From Ptychomitrium polyphyllum (Eukaryota), in the NCBI GenBank assembly GCA_973851085.1, contig OZ316775.1, positions 12,214,001 to 12,278,000 on the forward strand: a DNA stretch of 64,000 nt, read 5' to 3'. The notes under the pieces were generated by a model. That model searched no databases. It was given only the letters and a program-made list of their open reading frames with translations, and was not told the DNA's origin. A program made the translations under genes and the position numbers. This document shows, piece after piece, positions 23,660-36,899 of this stretch (positions within the stretch are counted from its first letter, which is position 1; each line of letters starts with the position of its first letter).

Positions 23660-26608
23660 ACGTCAAATCTCAAATCGGTCAGCAGAAGCTTCTCAAAATG
23701 CTTGGTAAGGTTGCAATGGTTGCAGAGGTAAGACTGCAATCCAGAGCTCCATACATGCGCATTATTATCCACAACTTCAACGCTCTGCATACACAATAAC
23801 GATCAGATTTCGTTTTACAACATCTTGCACCTACAAGAACCCCTTCCCACAACAAGCACAACCAGATTCCAGAGATTTTTAGAAACTCACAAGCCGTATG
23901 TAAGTTTTGAAGTTGAAGTAGAATTTGCAACGAGGTGTAGAGGCAACGACTATGTATCGTGGAACATGTCAAGACTTGAAAGTAGGGTAGATTAATCACT
24001 AGATTAGAGATTGTGAGGGACCTAAATCTTCTGCCAGTCCTTGTAACGGATTACCAAATTGTTATCAGATAGCTTGTTTCGCAGCCACACTGGGTGTGTC
24101 GCAAGAGCTGCTTATCGAAGTATTCGATTCTGCAAATTTGCAAAAAGAAATGAACTTTAACAACTTTCACAAGTCAACTGGTGGGAAACATGAAGCCTGT
24201 ATGAATGGGGAGGGATGAGTCGCATCTGCATCCATAAGGTAGAACAATCAAAGTTAGTAAGCAGCCACTTGTGCGGATTCATGTTGAACGAATCAGCCTT
24301 CTCCAAACCATTCAAATGTAGGTGGTATTCTGGAATTTCCTGCATATGCTCCATAAACATGAAACCACATCTTGTACTCCTGCAGAATCGAGAACTTAAG
24401 CTTGATTAAGGATTGCGCTTAACCACGCCACATATATACATATTTCTCTTATTGATTCGAAGTTGTCAAACCCACCTTAACAAAATTTCCTAGCTTTGAT
24501 AATGGGTCGACAGCTGCCGATGAAGTGCTTCCAACCTGTACAGAGCAATTCCATTAGACACGAATGAGTAAAATGAAGTAATTGCCAGGTTGATCGTGTG
24601 ACTTACAAGTCATAGGCGTAAAAGTAGTGACAATCTGTCACCCCTGCCACCGCTTCCACCGTTTCTTGACGTGAACTTAGATCGAAACATCAGCATCTGC
24701 TCAAAACATATTAACGCAATCTGCATACTTGTATACCAGAGACCTTATAACTTCAAAACATGATAAGGACCATAATTGTTGCTTGAAACAAATAAAGCAC
24801 CATAATCCTATGCGAGGTCATAGTCCAGCCAGCAACCATTCAAGGGTCAGCGTATTGGCTGGAGACTGCAGGTGTGGAAGTTTAGATGTAACACCACTCC
24901 AGAGAAAGAAAGACACACGTCCAGTTGCAACATTGGCAGAAACAGCCTTTGCAAGCACTTCTGGGGTCATGGAGTAGTTCGTCGAAGAATCTGTTAGTAT
25001 TAGCCGGAGATTCTCTAAACTGATTCCTGCGATCTACGCGTCAGAGGACAAATGTCAGAAAACCAGAAGAAACCACAGTTACTTGTGAACTCAACCTTTT
25101 TTCTACCCTTTTTTCAACCAGAGTCTCACGTCCTTCATGTCATTTGTGTTTATGATTGGAATAAATGTTTCAAATATCATAAAGTTCCACCCACTTGATA
25201 GACACACATATTTCAATGCATGTCTCTTGAGTCACTTGTCAACTTTCTAAAGTAAAGAGCATAAGTTTACAAATAACTCTATCATCTCATCAAAGGCAAG
25301 AGAGAAAAAAAAAGTATCACAGTAGGGCGTTGGGCTCGAGCACCTGGCTGGCCTTATCGACGCATTAGTGTGCTTGATCTGACGTGTAAGTTACTAACTC
25401 CCCCAAAGGTTCAAATTCTGAGATTCTTTGCTATTTGGTCACTTTCTCCACAGTTAGCTTCCTGGCTTCTAACATCGCCACTAATACAGCTTCGCTTGCT
25501 GAGCCTTGTATTGTGCCTCCACCCTTGCCTGCACATTTTTCATGATGTATAAGCGAAATTCTTGATAAAACAGTGAGAATTTGAGAGTACGTAGATGAAT
25601 GCAGACATATTGACGTGTCAACTAAGTAGCAATTGGTACATGACTTCATGAGCACCCTGTCTAACTTAGTAGAAATAGACAAATCTCAAGGTGCACAACC
25701 TGAACCCTAAAAAAGATGTTATTTGTACTAATTAAGCAAAATTGTGATGTAACGGTATTACCAGAAGCAATGAAGTCCTTTGGGAGCTGCAAGAGCTTTC
25801 CAAGCCAGTCCAGAACTATAATTTTCAGTTCAGTTGCAGCTGGAGATGTAATCCAACTGAAGCCTGTAAGATTGAACCCCCCACTGAACGTCTCCCCTGA
25901 AAGCCTGTTGTACTTTCATTGGAAAGATAGTAACCAAAGAAATTCGGACTTTGCCAATGTGTGACCCCGGGGATAATTTTGCTCTGCACATCTGCACATC
26001 TGCAACCAGACGATAAAGAAGATCTTAAACTCGGAGGTTGATCGACAATAAGAAACACAATGTAATAGCACTAGCGAGTTTCTAAAACCCTACAATGAGA
26101 TAACGAAGTGCTACTTGGAGGTTCTATAGGTTTCAGCTAAGAAGGTACCAGTTAAAGTAACTTCGAGCGCTTCTGGTTGCTCTGGAGCATTCTCAGGAAG
26201 CAATTCCTGCAAATAACTTGGCTGAAAATGTGACATACACATATAATTGTACACATGACGAAGTTGCCAGAGCAATTAAATAGTGAATAGCATCCTGGGG
26301 GGCAAGTGGTCCTAGGGAGCATGACCCACAAGTAAAACAAGAACAACGCATGGACTGCGAAAACATCAGAATCTACTGTCATTGTGCCCATCTTTGCCTA
26401 TGAACAAGAGAGGGCATCCTAACACAGTAATCATAAAACATACCTCGACTTGATTTCGAGGAGTAAAGTTCTCTATATCACGGTGATAATCGGCGATTAA
26501 ATCCACCATCTCATGGGTATGCTTCCTGAATTCCTCAGTATCGAGGGGTTTGCTCAAGATCAACTTGAATGCTCCTTCGGTTTCCCTACAAGGCCGACAA
26601 GAGTCCTC
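23660..26608 (-). pseudogene. PLP-dependent aromatic L-amino-acid (tyrosine/DOPA-type) decarboxylase pseudogene, intron-containing, apparently 3'-truncated
   Basis: Exon remnants [115 protein letters not shown] (PLP lysine) and ALKLWIIMRMYG. Stops at 25431-25433 and 25365-25367. Frameshifts near 25900, 24335 and 23740. Confidence 0.9.
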
Positions 26609-28499
26609 TGTAAACGATAATGCAACCAGGGAAGAGTAAGAAAGGGTCTAAGAGAATTTAGAAGTATCATATATACAAAACTCGCCAGAAATCATAGATG
26701 CAGGTCTCCACATTCTAAGAAGCATGCACCGATTGTCCCAAAAACCCACAATCAGCTAGTGCAAGAGCGGTTTGGGCAATCTGTTGCTCACATTATCTAG
26801 GAAGACGCAGTCGCGCACTGTATCTCCATTCACCTGTCTCCCTATACCGACAAGATATAAAGTTCAAAATCCAAAAGGAATGGCATCTATAGGAAGAATG
26901 CAAGCATGAAAATCGATCTGTTCTATCCTTTTTGACAAATATAACGTGAACCAAGAAATAACCAGACATTCGTTCTTCAGCTGTGCATAAACTGGTCCTA
27001 ATACTGATAAGTCGTCTTCACTTATTCAGGTTTTAAATATACACAGCATTGATGAAGTGGCATCTGCACGACGCAGAGATCAAGACACTTACCTTCAAAC
27101 CAACATGAGGAATCATCTTGAGGTCCGAAGCAGAAGAACGAAGTCCTCGAACCATGTGCTTATGACCTTCCACGGCATTTTCCTGGGATATGGACCACAA
27201 ATGTAATTGTGACCGCCCATGTCCTGGGTGCTGCATATCCATAGCTGCAAACTTTGATGCTTCAATACTTATCTACCGTTGGGGCTTCAGAACTCATAAA
27301 TCTAGCACTCAAGGTTGGAGCAAACCACTCGTATTCTTGCTCTCCGCATCCGCACTAGCTTGCTCATTGACTTGGCCCTACCATGGCGTTCAGAGGACAG
27401 AATCCGCTGCAACAGTGCTGTAGGTGTATGCGTTCTGATAGGTGTACACAACCAATGTCATTTGCATGCATTGTGATGTACAGGCAACGTCATTTGTAAT
27501 TCAGAGTCTGTATACATAATCTTCTTGCCATCCAACCTAGCTTTGCAGGTCGAATTTTGAGATTGTTCTAGGAAGTAACTTACATTATCAATATTATGTA
27601 TGTGCTTCGTAGCGTACATGCTAGTGCGGCAGTTCTGCTGCAAGTGGGTTGCAATACTGGTGACAAGTTTTCAAATATCAAGCTCCAGTAGGGAAAACAT
27701 ACCTAAAAGCGTCACCATAACCAAAAACCACTACTACATTATTTACCACCAGCCAGGGATCCGGGACTGGTTATTCAATATTTGCCTGATTATGCTGCTC
27801 AACTGTTGATAACGTTGATTTGACACTACCCTGTTCTTCCCATTTGTTGTGATATGTCAAACAATGTCACATGATTGGCTCTGACACAATGATTGTGAGT
27901 CTTATTTGTAAGACAAATATTTGTTACATGTTCAAAATAATGTGAATCACATTCGATGAAGATAGTGGTGTAGTGGGCATAAGGAGCGGACTGAATGGGA
28001 AGAATTTTCATAGAAAATCTAGGTACTGAGCCAAGAAAGTTGAGTGCTTAAGGTCTTTCAAGAAAATGTCATGGTTGAAAAGAATAATACTTGCTTAAAG
28101 AACACTACAATGATGGTGACAAAAACTTTTTTTTTTTTTTGAAGATTCTTAATTTTCCTTTACAAATTCTATTTTAGAGAAGATTGACTTGGCTAAAGAA
28201 AGTGATTTGTAATTGAGATTTATATATTGAAACAAATCATTTTTATAACTAATATTAACTCTTTAAATACCTCATCTAATAGGTTGCTTAACATTCATTA
28301 AGAAACTCAACATATATTTTTGTAAAAACATTTTGTATCATTGTACAATTATATTAAATTTTAATAAAGATAGTTGGACGTGGATGAATTCTAAGTTATT
28401 GATTTTTGTTTTTTAAGCTTACAAAGAACAAAAATGGCTTATTCCAATTATTAATGAAAACATTTTTTCATTAATATATATATGTAATGGAGTGTCTAA

Positions 28500-29105
28500 G
28501 GTAACTTGAAATGGCAACTAGGATGCTTCTACTCCTTAACCATTATATATGGTTAAATAAAGTTCTTTATTTTGCTTACATAAAATCTTGATCTTGATCT
28601 TCAATGCTTCAAGAGCATTTATAATCGAATCTAGTTTGATTTCTTTAGCATCTATTGTATTGATTTCTTCACCTCCTAGCATGGAAGTAAAAAAAATAAA
28701 AAATAAAACATGGCTAAATAAATAAAACATCAATAGAATTTTAAAGGCAATATTAGTCCAAAGGAAGATAATTTGCAACCTATGGAACGTTATAGTATTT
28801 CTAAGAAGAAGGGTGATCCATTTTTCATTAAAAAAGACCAAATTCTAATATTATTGTAAAATAAATACAATAAATTGTTACAAACAAAGTAATAATAATG
28901 CAAGAATTTAAAATTTCAAAATATGCAATAAGATATTTTTAAAAAACATATATTAAAAGCAAAGAAAAATTACAAGGTACAAAGACATGACTAAGAAGTC
29001 TGAGCTAAATTACAAGAAATGCATTGACAAGACTAAAGATCTCTTCAATATTTAGTCTTATATATATTAAGATTACAAATTTTAGAAACTTTTTGTAAAA
29101 CTTCT
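28500..29105 (-). mobile_element. Very decayed family D fragment: partial LTR (from 28876), leader and gag start
   Basis: Colinear with 17200-17790, e.g. KLDSIINALEALKIKIK. Confidence 0.7.
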
Positions 29106-29112
29106 AATACAA

Positions 29113-29502
29113 TATTATTATTAGCCTATACAGTATTTTACAAGGTAACATTGAACATTTCCAACCACTTCTATTGGATGATTGTCATTAGTCTATTTTC
29201 TATTAGTTCAAATAATGGATGTAGATCCAAAACTATGAGATCCGTAATATAGTATATAAATCCTCAATCAAGAGAGTTGAGAATGTAGTGCATTTTTTAT
29301 ATGACCAAACTTTGTTGATAATAATAGATTATTTTTTCTTGATCCGTTTCGTTGTATCTAATTTTTTTTAATCTTCACTTTTGTTTCATGTTATTTATAA
29401 TATATTCTCTCTTATAATAGCGATTGGTACCACCAATCTTCTTCCAATTAGTTTGCATAAATTAGGATCTTCGAGTTTCTTAGCACACCTTGTTTATTAA
29501 CA
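29113..29502 (+). repeat. LTR of family F (decayed)
   Basis: Colinear with 60858-61305. Ends cttgtttattaaca. Confidence 0.65.
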
Positions 29503-29929
29503 TTTCCTATTTGGAAATCATTATTGGAGATCAGAATTGCTCGTAGTATTTACGGTGGTGTAAATAATATTGTATTGTGGTAGATATAAAAGGAAAGAAA
29601 ATGGGGAGAAAAGAGGGAGAGGTGAAAGCCACTTAAGAGGTACATATATGGTACACGGTCAACGTGGTAGGACCAACCCACATGTCTTGCATGGGAAAGC
29701 AAGAACAAGTGGGTGTATGAGTTGGCATAAAGGAACTTGCAAGTGGCTTTGGAAAGCTACTTGCAAGATACTTGAGAAGGACCTTAAAAGGTGCTTGAGA
29801 CGTCACTACATGGTAGTATAAGTAAAGGCCTTCGAGAAAAGGCAACATCTCACTCCAAGCATTGTTTGTACTACTTTGTGTGGTTCTATGCTTGTGCAAT
29901 CTTCTTCTTTACTTCTAGTGAATTCAATA

Positions 29930-29943
29930 GGTTATGGGCCCAC
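29930..29943 (+). promoter_or_regulatory. Primer binding site complementary to the anticodon-arm region of tRNA-iMet (half-tRNA priming)
   Basis: GGTTATGGGCCCAC directly follows the LTR and is complementary to GUGGGCCCAUAACC of plant initiator tRNA. Same PBS type as Drosophila copia and yeast Ty5. Confidence 0.9.
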
Positions 29944-30007
29944 TCATGTGAGTTGCGAGTGTAGAGTTTTTTTGCAAAGTTGTTTGGAGGAGGTCTTTTG
30001 AGAGTTC

Positions 30008-30135
30008 AAGGTGCACAAGGGCTGATTTGGAGCATTGGAGGTGCACAAGGGCTGATTTTAGAGCTTTGGAGGTGCACAAAGGCTCATTTGGAGTATTGAT
30101 GAGCACAAGGATTGATTTGGAGCCATGGAGGTGCA
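30008..30135 (+). repeat. ~30 bp tandem repeat (ggaggtgcacaagggctgattt..) x4-5 in the copia-3 leader
   Basis: ggtgcacaa recurs at ~30011, 30040 and 30071, with degenerate copies at ~30101 and ~30130. Confidence 0.8.
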
Positions 30136-30638
30136 TTGGAGAATTGGAGACGGCTTGAGAAGGCACAAAGAGTTGGAAGAGCGGAGGTGGAGCACATCAA
30201 TGCGTTTGGACCTTGTAAGTGTTCAATCCAAGTGGATGTGTTCAATTGCTCTTCAAAGGTGCTGATTTGAGTGAATGATGTGCTTAGATGCACATTGGAA
30301 TCTAGGTGGAGCTCTTTGATGTTGTTCAAGTTCATATTTGCATGTATGAGCAAAGAAGGGGCTGATTTAATTGAATGAGGTGCAAAGGTGTGCATTTGAG
30401 TCTAGAAGGAGTGGATTTGAGTGTTTGAGTTGTACCTTTGATCATTTGAGCTTAGAAGAGACTCGTTTGAGAAACTTGAGTGAATACTTGCACATCAAAG
30501 CCTTGTAGGGGCTGATGTGAGTATTGTAGGTGCTTGCAAGCACATTGGAGCCTAGAAAAGGCTCAAGTTGAGTGATTGAGGTGCCTTAGTGCACAATCAA
30601 ACCTTGGAGGGGCTGATCTTGGCCATTAAAATGTTGTC

Positions 30639-33600
30639 ATGGCCACATTTGAGAGTGAGAGTGCTAGGAGCATTGACAAGTTCAATGGGGAAAACTTTGG
30701 CCTTTGGAAGTTCCGCATGGAGATGGTCTTGTCGTCCATGGACCTTTGGGATATAGTGGAGGAGACCGAGGAACCCCCCGCAAGTGATGAAGATCCAAAG
30801 GTGATAAAGGAGTACAATCGCCGCGCAAAGAAGGCCTTGTCCGTCATTGAATTGAGTTTGGTGAATGCCCAACTTGCGCACATCAAGAGTTACAAAGGAC
30901 CAGCGGAAGCATGGAAGGCATTGTGCAACATCTACAAAACAAAGAGCTTGTCCAACATCCTCTTTGTTCGCTGCAAGTTCTTCACCATCAAGATGCAAGA
31001 AGGTGATGACTTGATGGACCACATCAACCATGTAAGGGAGCTTGCGGATCAGCTCACATCTTTTGAGGTCCCCGTGAGAGAGGAAGATGTAGTGATGACG
31101 TTGCTTGAGAGTTTGCCGCCGTCATTTGAGAACTTAATCATTGCCTTGGAGACGTTACGATTGAAGGACCTCACCTTGGAGTTTGTAACGGCGAGAATGA
31201 TGCATGAAGTGAACAAGCGCAAGGAGAAGGGGAGCCATGGCGATGATGCGGCCTTGTATTCAAAGCAAACCAAGGGGGCTAGCTCATCTTCACGTGGAGA
31301 ATCAAGGTTGTGTTACAACTGTGGTAAGCCGGGCCACTTTGCACGAAATTGCACCAAACCAAAGAAGTGGGAGCGCGACAATGCAAACCAAGCAAAGAAC
31401 AAGGAGAATGCCAACCATGCAAAGGAGGATGATGACTACGCCTTTGCTACTCAAGATGGTCCTCATTCCAAATCCACGTCCAAGTGGATCATGGATTCGG
31501 GCGCTACGAAGCACATGACACCTCATAGGGTGACATTCGACACAGATGAGGTAATTAATCCATGCAACGTGCATTTGGATGATGATAGTGTTGTGGACGC
31601 CATTGGAGTAGGTTCCATTGTTGTGGAAGTCCTTGTGAGAGGCCATTCGAAGAAGGTCACAATCAAGGACGTCCTCCACGTGCCCAAGTTGCAAGCAAAC
31701 TTGCTGTCGGTGAGCAAGCTTGTGTCAAGTGGGTTAAAGGTGCAATTCAATGTGCATGGGTGCACATTGAGGGCACCAAATGGCAATGTACTTGCGGTAG
31801 CCCCTCGTCAAAACAACTTATATCAAGTCACCTTTACGAAGGTGCATGAGGCGGATGCGGCCAACATAACACAATCGTCAACAATAAGTGGTGCGATGGA
31901 GCTTTGGCATCGCCGACTTGGTCATTTGAATGTGAGAAGTGTGCATTTTCTTGCAAGCATGGTAAGCGGCATGACCCTTGGTAAGGATGAATCATCTATA
32001 CCGTTTTGTGAAGGGTGTGTGCAAGGCAAACAACATAGAGCACCATTTCCAAAGGATGGAAGCACGCGTGCTATAAAACCTTTGGAGATTGTGCATTCGG
32101 ATGTGTGTGGCCCAATGAAGACCACTTCCATTGGTGGTGCAAGGTACTTTGTGACCTTCATTGATGACTTTTTGAAGAGGATGTGGTTGTATACGTTGAA
32201 GTTGAAGGGGGAGTGCCTTGAGAAGTTTAAGGAATTCAAAGCACTTGCGGAGATACAATCAGAGCACAAGATCAAGGCGTTCCGGTCGGACAATGGTGGG
32301 GAGTTTATATCCAAGGCCTCTCGACGCTTTTTGAAGAACCATAGCATCAAGAGGCAACCATCGACACCTTACACGCCAAAACAAAACGGAGTGGCGGAGC
32401 GTGCAAATTGCACCATTGTGGAGATGGCAAGAAGCATGATTCATGCTCAATGCCTCAAGCTCTCGTTTTGGGTGGAAGTAGTGTCCAATGCGGTATACAT
32501 TTGTAATCGGTGTCCTACACGGGCGCTTGTCACTGTTACACCACAAGAGGCTTAGAATGGCCGCAAGCCATGCGTTGCACACATGCGCGTGTTTGGTTGC
32601 ATTGCATTTGCAAAGGTGCCAGATGCAAAGAAAGGTAAGCCCAATGCTAAAGGAACCAAGTGTTTATTTCTTGGATATTGCGAGGGAACCAAGGCATATC
32701 GCCTCATGTGTGTTGAAACACGGAAGATCATTAGGAGTCGAGATGTAGTGTTTGATGAGAATAGCACTAGCGTTGGTCATGGTTTGGAGATGAGTCCAAG
32801 TGGGAGTAGTGATACACCTTCGTTGGTTTTGGTGGACAAATCTTCCAAACCAACTCCCTCACACAAGAGTGATGATGATACCAAGAAAGAAGAGTCGGTG
32901 GACGACGAACAAGATGTAGCACCTTCACCAACATCCACACGAAGTGAAGGCCTACAGGTGGAATCCAGACAAGAACCTTGGTATCCAACGAGGGAACAAC
33001 GTCCACTTGGAGAGTGGTGGAAGAACCACATCTTGCCACAACATGAAGAAGAGCGGGCCAATGTGGCCACTCTCGACAATCCATTAAATGTAGGCAAAGC
33101 AATGAGATCGAAATATGCAAGCAAATGGGAGGTGGCCATGCAAGAGGAGTATGACTCACTCATGGCAAATGAGACGTGGGAGTTGGCTCCGCTTCCAAAG
33201 GGTCGTAAGAGCGTTGGATACGAGTGGGTCTTTCGCACAAAGAAAGACGCTTCGGGTGAAGTGGTACGCCACAAGGCACAATTGGTGACCAAGGGATTTT
33301 CTCAAGTTGCGGGAGTCAACTTCCTTGAGACCTTTGCTCCCGTGGCCAAATTCAACACCATTTGGTGCATCCTTGCACTTGGAGCGGCGTTGGATTTGGA
33401 GATCCATCAAATGGATGTGAAGACCGCATTCTTGAATGGCGAGTTGGAGGAGGACATCTACATGAGTCAATCGCAAGGATTTGAAGAGAAGGGCTTTGAG
33501 CATCTTGTGTGCAAGCTCAAAAAGTTGTTGTACGGACTCAAGCAATCACCAAGAGCATGGTACCAACTGATTGATTCCTTCTTCACCAAGGAGCGCATCA

Positions 33601-34156
33601 TGCGGTACTTGCAAAGTACCATGGACTACAAGTTGTGCCTTGGTGGTAAGGAGCTTGCCTTGAGGGGGTATTGCAATTCGGATTGGGCTACAGATGCAAA
33701 CGAGCATCATTCAACAACCGGATACGTATTTTTTGTTGGAGTTGGTGCGATCTCTTGGAATTGTAGGAGGCAACCTACAATTGCGTTGTCTACAACAGAG
33801 GCGGAGTACATAGCTACTAGCCAAACCACCAAGGAGACCATTTGGCTTTTAAAGCTTTTGGCGGATGTGGGATTTGTACAAGAAGATGCCACAACCATCA
33901 TGTGCAACAACCAAGGATGCATCGCACTTGCAAAGAACCCACACACCACTCACGCACAAAGCACATCAATGTGCAACACCACTTCATTTGCGAGAAGTTG
34001 GAGAGCAGCAAGATAAGCTTGAAGTATTGCCCGACGGAAGACATGATTGCTGACGTGTTGACGAAGGCACTTGCAAAGGATGGACATCAACGGTTGGCAA
34101 AGGAAATGGGATTGGAAGAAGGTAACTACTCGCAAAATGGAAGTGTTGGAGATTAG
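30639..34156 (+). pseudogene. copia-3 gag-pol polyprotein, disabled
   Basis: CYNCGKPGHFARNC, WIMDSGATKHM, LWHRRLGHLN, HSDVCGPM, RSDNGGEF, QNGVAER, HQMDVKTAFLNG, LYGLKQSPRAW, ADVLTKAL. TAG at 32553-32555 where Trp is expected, RT core deletion near 33593, frameshift near 33940. Confidence 0.95.
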
Positions 34157-36899
34157 AGTTGCTCGTAGTATTTACGATGGTGTAAATAGTATTATATTGT
34201 GGTAGATATAAAAGGAAAGAAAATGAAGAGAAAAGAAGAAGAGGTGAGAGCCACTTAAGAGGTACATATATGGTACACGGTCAACGTGGTAGGACCAACC
34301 CACATGTCTTGCATGGGAAGGCAAGGACAAGTGGGTGTATAAGTTTGCTTAAAGGAACTTGCAAGTGGCTTTGGAAAGCTACTTGCAAGATACTTGAGAA
34401 GGACCTTAAAAGGTGCTTGAGACGTCACTACGTGGTAGTATAAATAAAGGCCTTCGAGAAAAGGCAACATCTCACTCCAAGCATTGTTTGTATACTTTGT
34501 GTGGTTCTATGCTTGTGCAATCTTCTTCTTTACTTCTAGTAACTTCAATAATCATCAACCCTAACATTTGATGACCATTTAGTATTTTAAATCCAAGTTT
34601 TTTATTAGAACTTCTTTAAGAGTAGAGATGATTTCTTTTGTTTGCACATAGTCAATTTATAATAGCAAAATTATCCATTTGAATCTTTTAAATTCGATTT
34701 GGTAATTTTGAATTCTATGCAAAGTTTTCAAAGTTACAATCTTTGTACTTGCTTATATTAGCTATTGGATTTAAAATCCTCTATAATTTAAATAATCTCT
34801 CTGTTTTAAAAAATGTCTTCTCAATATATTAAGACCTCCACTGGTGAGCTAAAATCCTCCCTATCCACTTGAAGAGGAAGAATAATTTCACAATAAGTTC
34901 AAGAGGTAGTAGAAACCAATTGTAAGATTGCTCTAATGGTTGATTAATTAGTCAAGCATTTAAAATTCCAACTTTCTAAATAATTCCTTCCAAGCAATGG
35001 TTACCATTTGATTTAATTAAATCAAGTGATGAAAAATAATACAAGAAAAAAAAAAAAATTAGATAGAAATAGAAAGAAAAAAGGAAGGAGTTGAATAACA
35101 AAAATTGGATGGAACAAGTAATTAGATGAAAATAAGGTTGCTGGATGGAAAGAAGGCTGCTGGATGAAAATAGCACTGCACAATACAACAACAACCGAAG
35201 AAGTAGAAAATCTCTTAAACTTCAACTCCTCATAACTTTCTCATTTTAGCTCCAAATTTGATGATTCTTGTGCCTAACTTTACTGATTTTTCCTCTTCTA
35301 TCCAATAAAAATGTAAAATCTAAAAAATAAGTCCACTAAAAATAAGTTCAAAGTCCACTAAAAGTAAGTTCAAAGTAGTCTAGCAAGGGTGTAAGACAAA
35401 CAACTTATAACATAAGTATAAAAAAACAAAACAAATACTACTCTTTGGTGTCTCAATGGGCCGCCCTTGTCAAGGGCTCAAACCAAAGGTGAGAGAGAGA
35501 ACAAGGCCTTGAAAAGGCCTTAAGTATCCACTTGCTAACAACTTGCAAGCCACTTACTAATCATTTGCAGGAAAGACCAATGGTTGGCATCTATTTGCTA
35601 TAAGGTGATGATAAATCACAATGGATACCAATCAATGCACAATTTTTATCCCTAATAATATAATTAGCCTAAACTAATGCAAAATAGCTTACTAATTAAT
35701 GAAAAACATAAATTTTTGAAAGGATTTCAATAGAAGTTGACTTAATTTGTTTTTATGGAAATAACGTTTGAAAAGTAGAATAGTTTTTCAACTTCTTCCT
35801 TCACCACTACTCATGGCTTCAAAAACAAAGTAACTTTCGATCTTCTTCCTTCACCATCTTTTGTAGTTTCAAGAGTAGAGTAGTTCTTCATCTTCTTCCT
35901 TCATCATATTCCAACTACAACTAATTCCACCTTTTCTAACGAATTCACCTTAAACAAGATTTAACATTATTTAGAATCTTATCTATATAATTAGATTTTG
36001 TTAAAATCAACTTGATAATTTAAGGCCTTGATTCATAATTTAGGCCAAAACCTTTATTTACTCACAATTGATAATGAACTAACACTATGTCTTATTAAAA
36101 TACCAAAAATTAACTAAATAAAGATTTGGTGGATAATCTAGGGTTGACACCACCCCCTCTTTAACTAACCTTTATTCAACTTAATAATACAATGTTATCT
36201 CAAACCTTATATTCTTTAGGTCTTTTAATTTCTCCACCTATTATCATGACCAATCTAGCTTTTCTATAAAGGATATTGATGAGTCCATTAATTGATATTC
36301 AACGCCTTTACTACATCAAAAATATTATCCACGTTTAATTACCTCAGCAACTCTACTATGCCCATCTACTAGTTCTACTAAAACTGCTCCCTCACAAACC
36401 TTCCAATAAATGGAAGAATTTAACATTCCTTCAGCATTGTATTTGATATCTTAGTTTTTTTTTGCATTCATCTATTTATAAATGGACCCCAAAGAAGACA
36501 ATTTTATCCTCATCAAATCTCCATCTCCACTAATTTTAGAATCAACATTCTCCACTTTGTCTTTTTAACATGTGATTATATCTAGCCAACTTTTAGCACT
36601 TCAACATCTCCACTAATATTTAAGAAGCTCCTTCCAATAATCCTACTACAATTAATGCCTTTCCTATAATCAACAATCTACATTCTACACATTGTAATTT
36701 TGATATATCCTAATTTTGGAATCTACCTCCCACCAATAATTTCTATCCACCGTTCCATCCACCAATAATTTTTCCTCAATTTTTCCCTCCAATTAAAATA
36801 GTTCTTTAGAGCTCTGTTACTACTATGGCTTTACTTATGTTCATTATTCCACATGTTCTTTGTTACAATTTGTAATGGTAAAGGTCATTAACTATCAAG

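Larger units (their letters stand above)
29522..34550 (+). mobile_element. Near-complete Ty1/copia element (copia-3): LTRs 29522-29929 and 34144-34550, TSD ATCAT
   Basis: Two ~408 bp direct repeats differing by about 20 substitutions and 1 indel (hand count). atcat at both 29517-29521 and 34551-34555. PBS at 29930-29943, purine tract just before 34144. Confidence 0.97.

Noticed and set aside
26650..28050. Short ORFs upstream of the decarboxylase pseudogene
   Set aside because: No recognisable domain or consistent exon chain. Possibly 5' UTR or promoter sequence.
30008..30135. Regularly spaced ~30 bp repeats as a CRISPR array (also 39585-39845)
   Set aside because: Degenerate head-to-tail repeats with no unique spacers, inside eukaryotic retroelements, with no cas genes.
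30597..34135. Many minus-strand and alternative-frame ORFs over copia-3 (similarly over copia-1 and copia-2)
   Set aside because: Antisense or off-frame shadows of gag-pol with no independent motifs.
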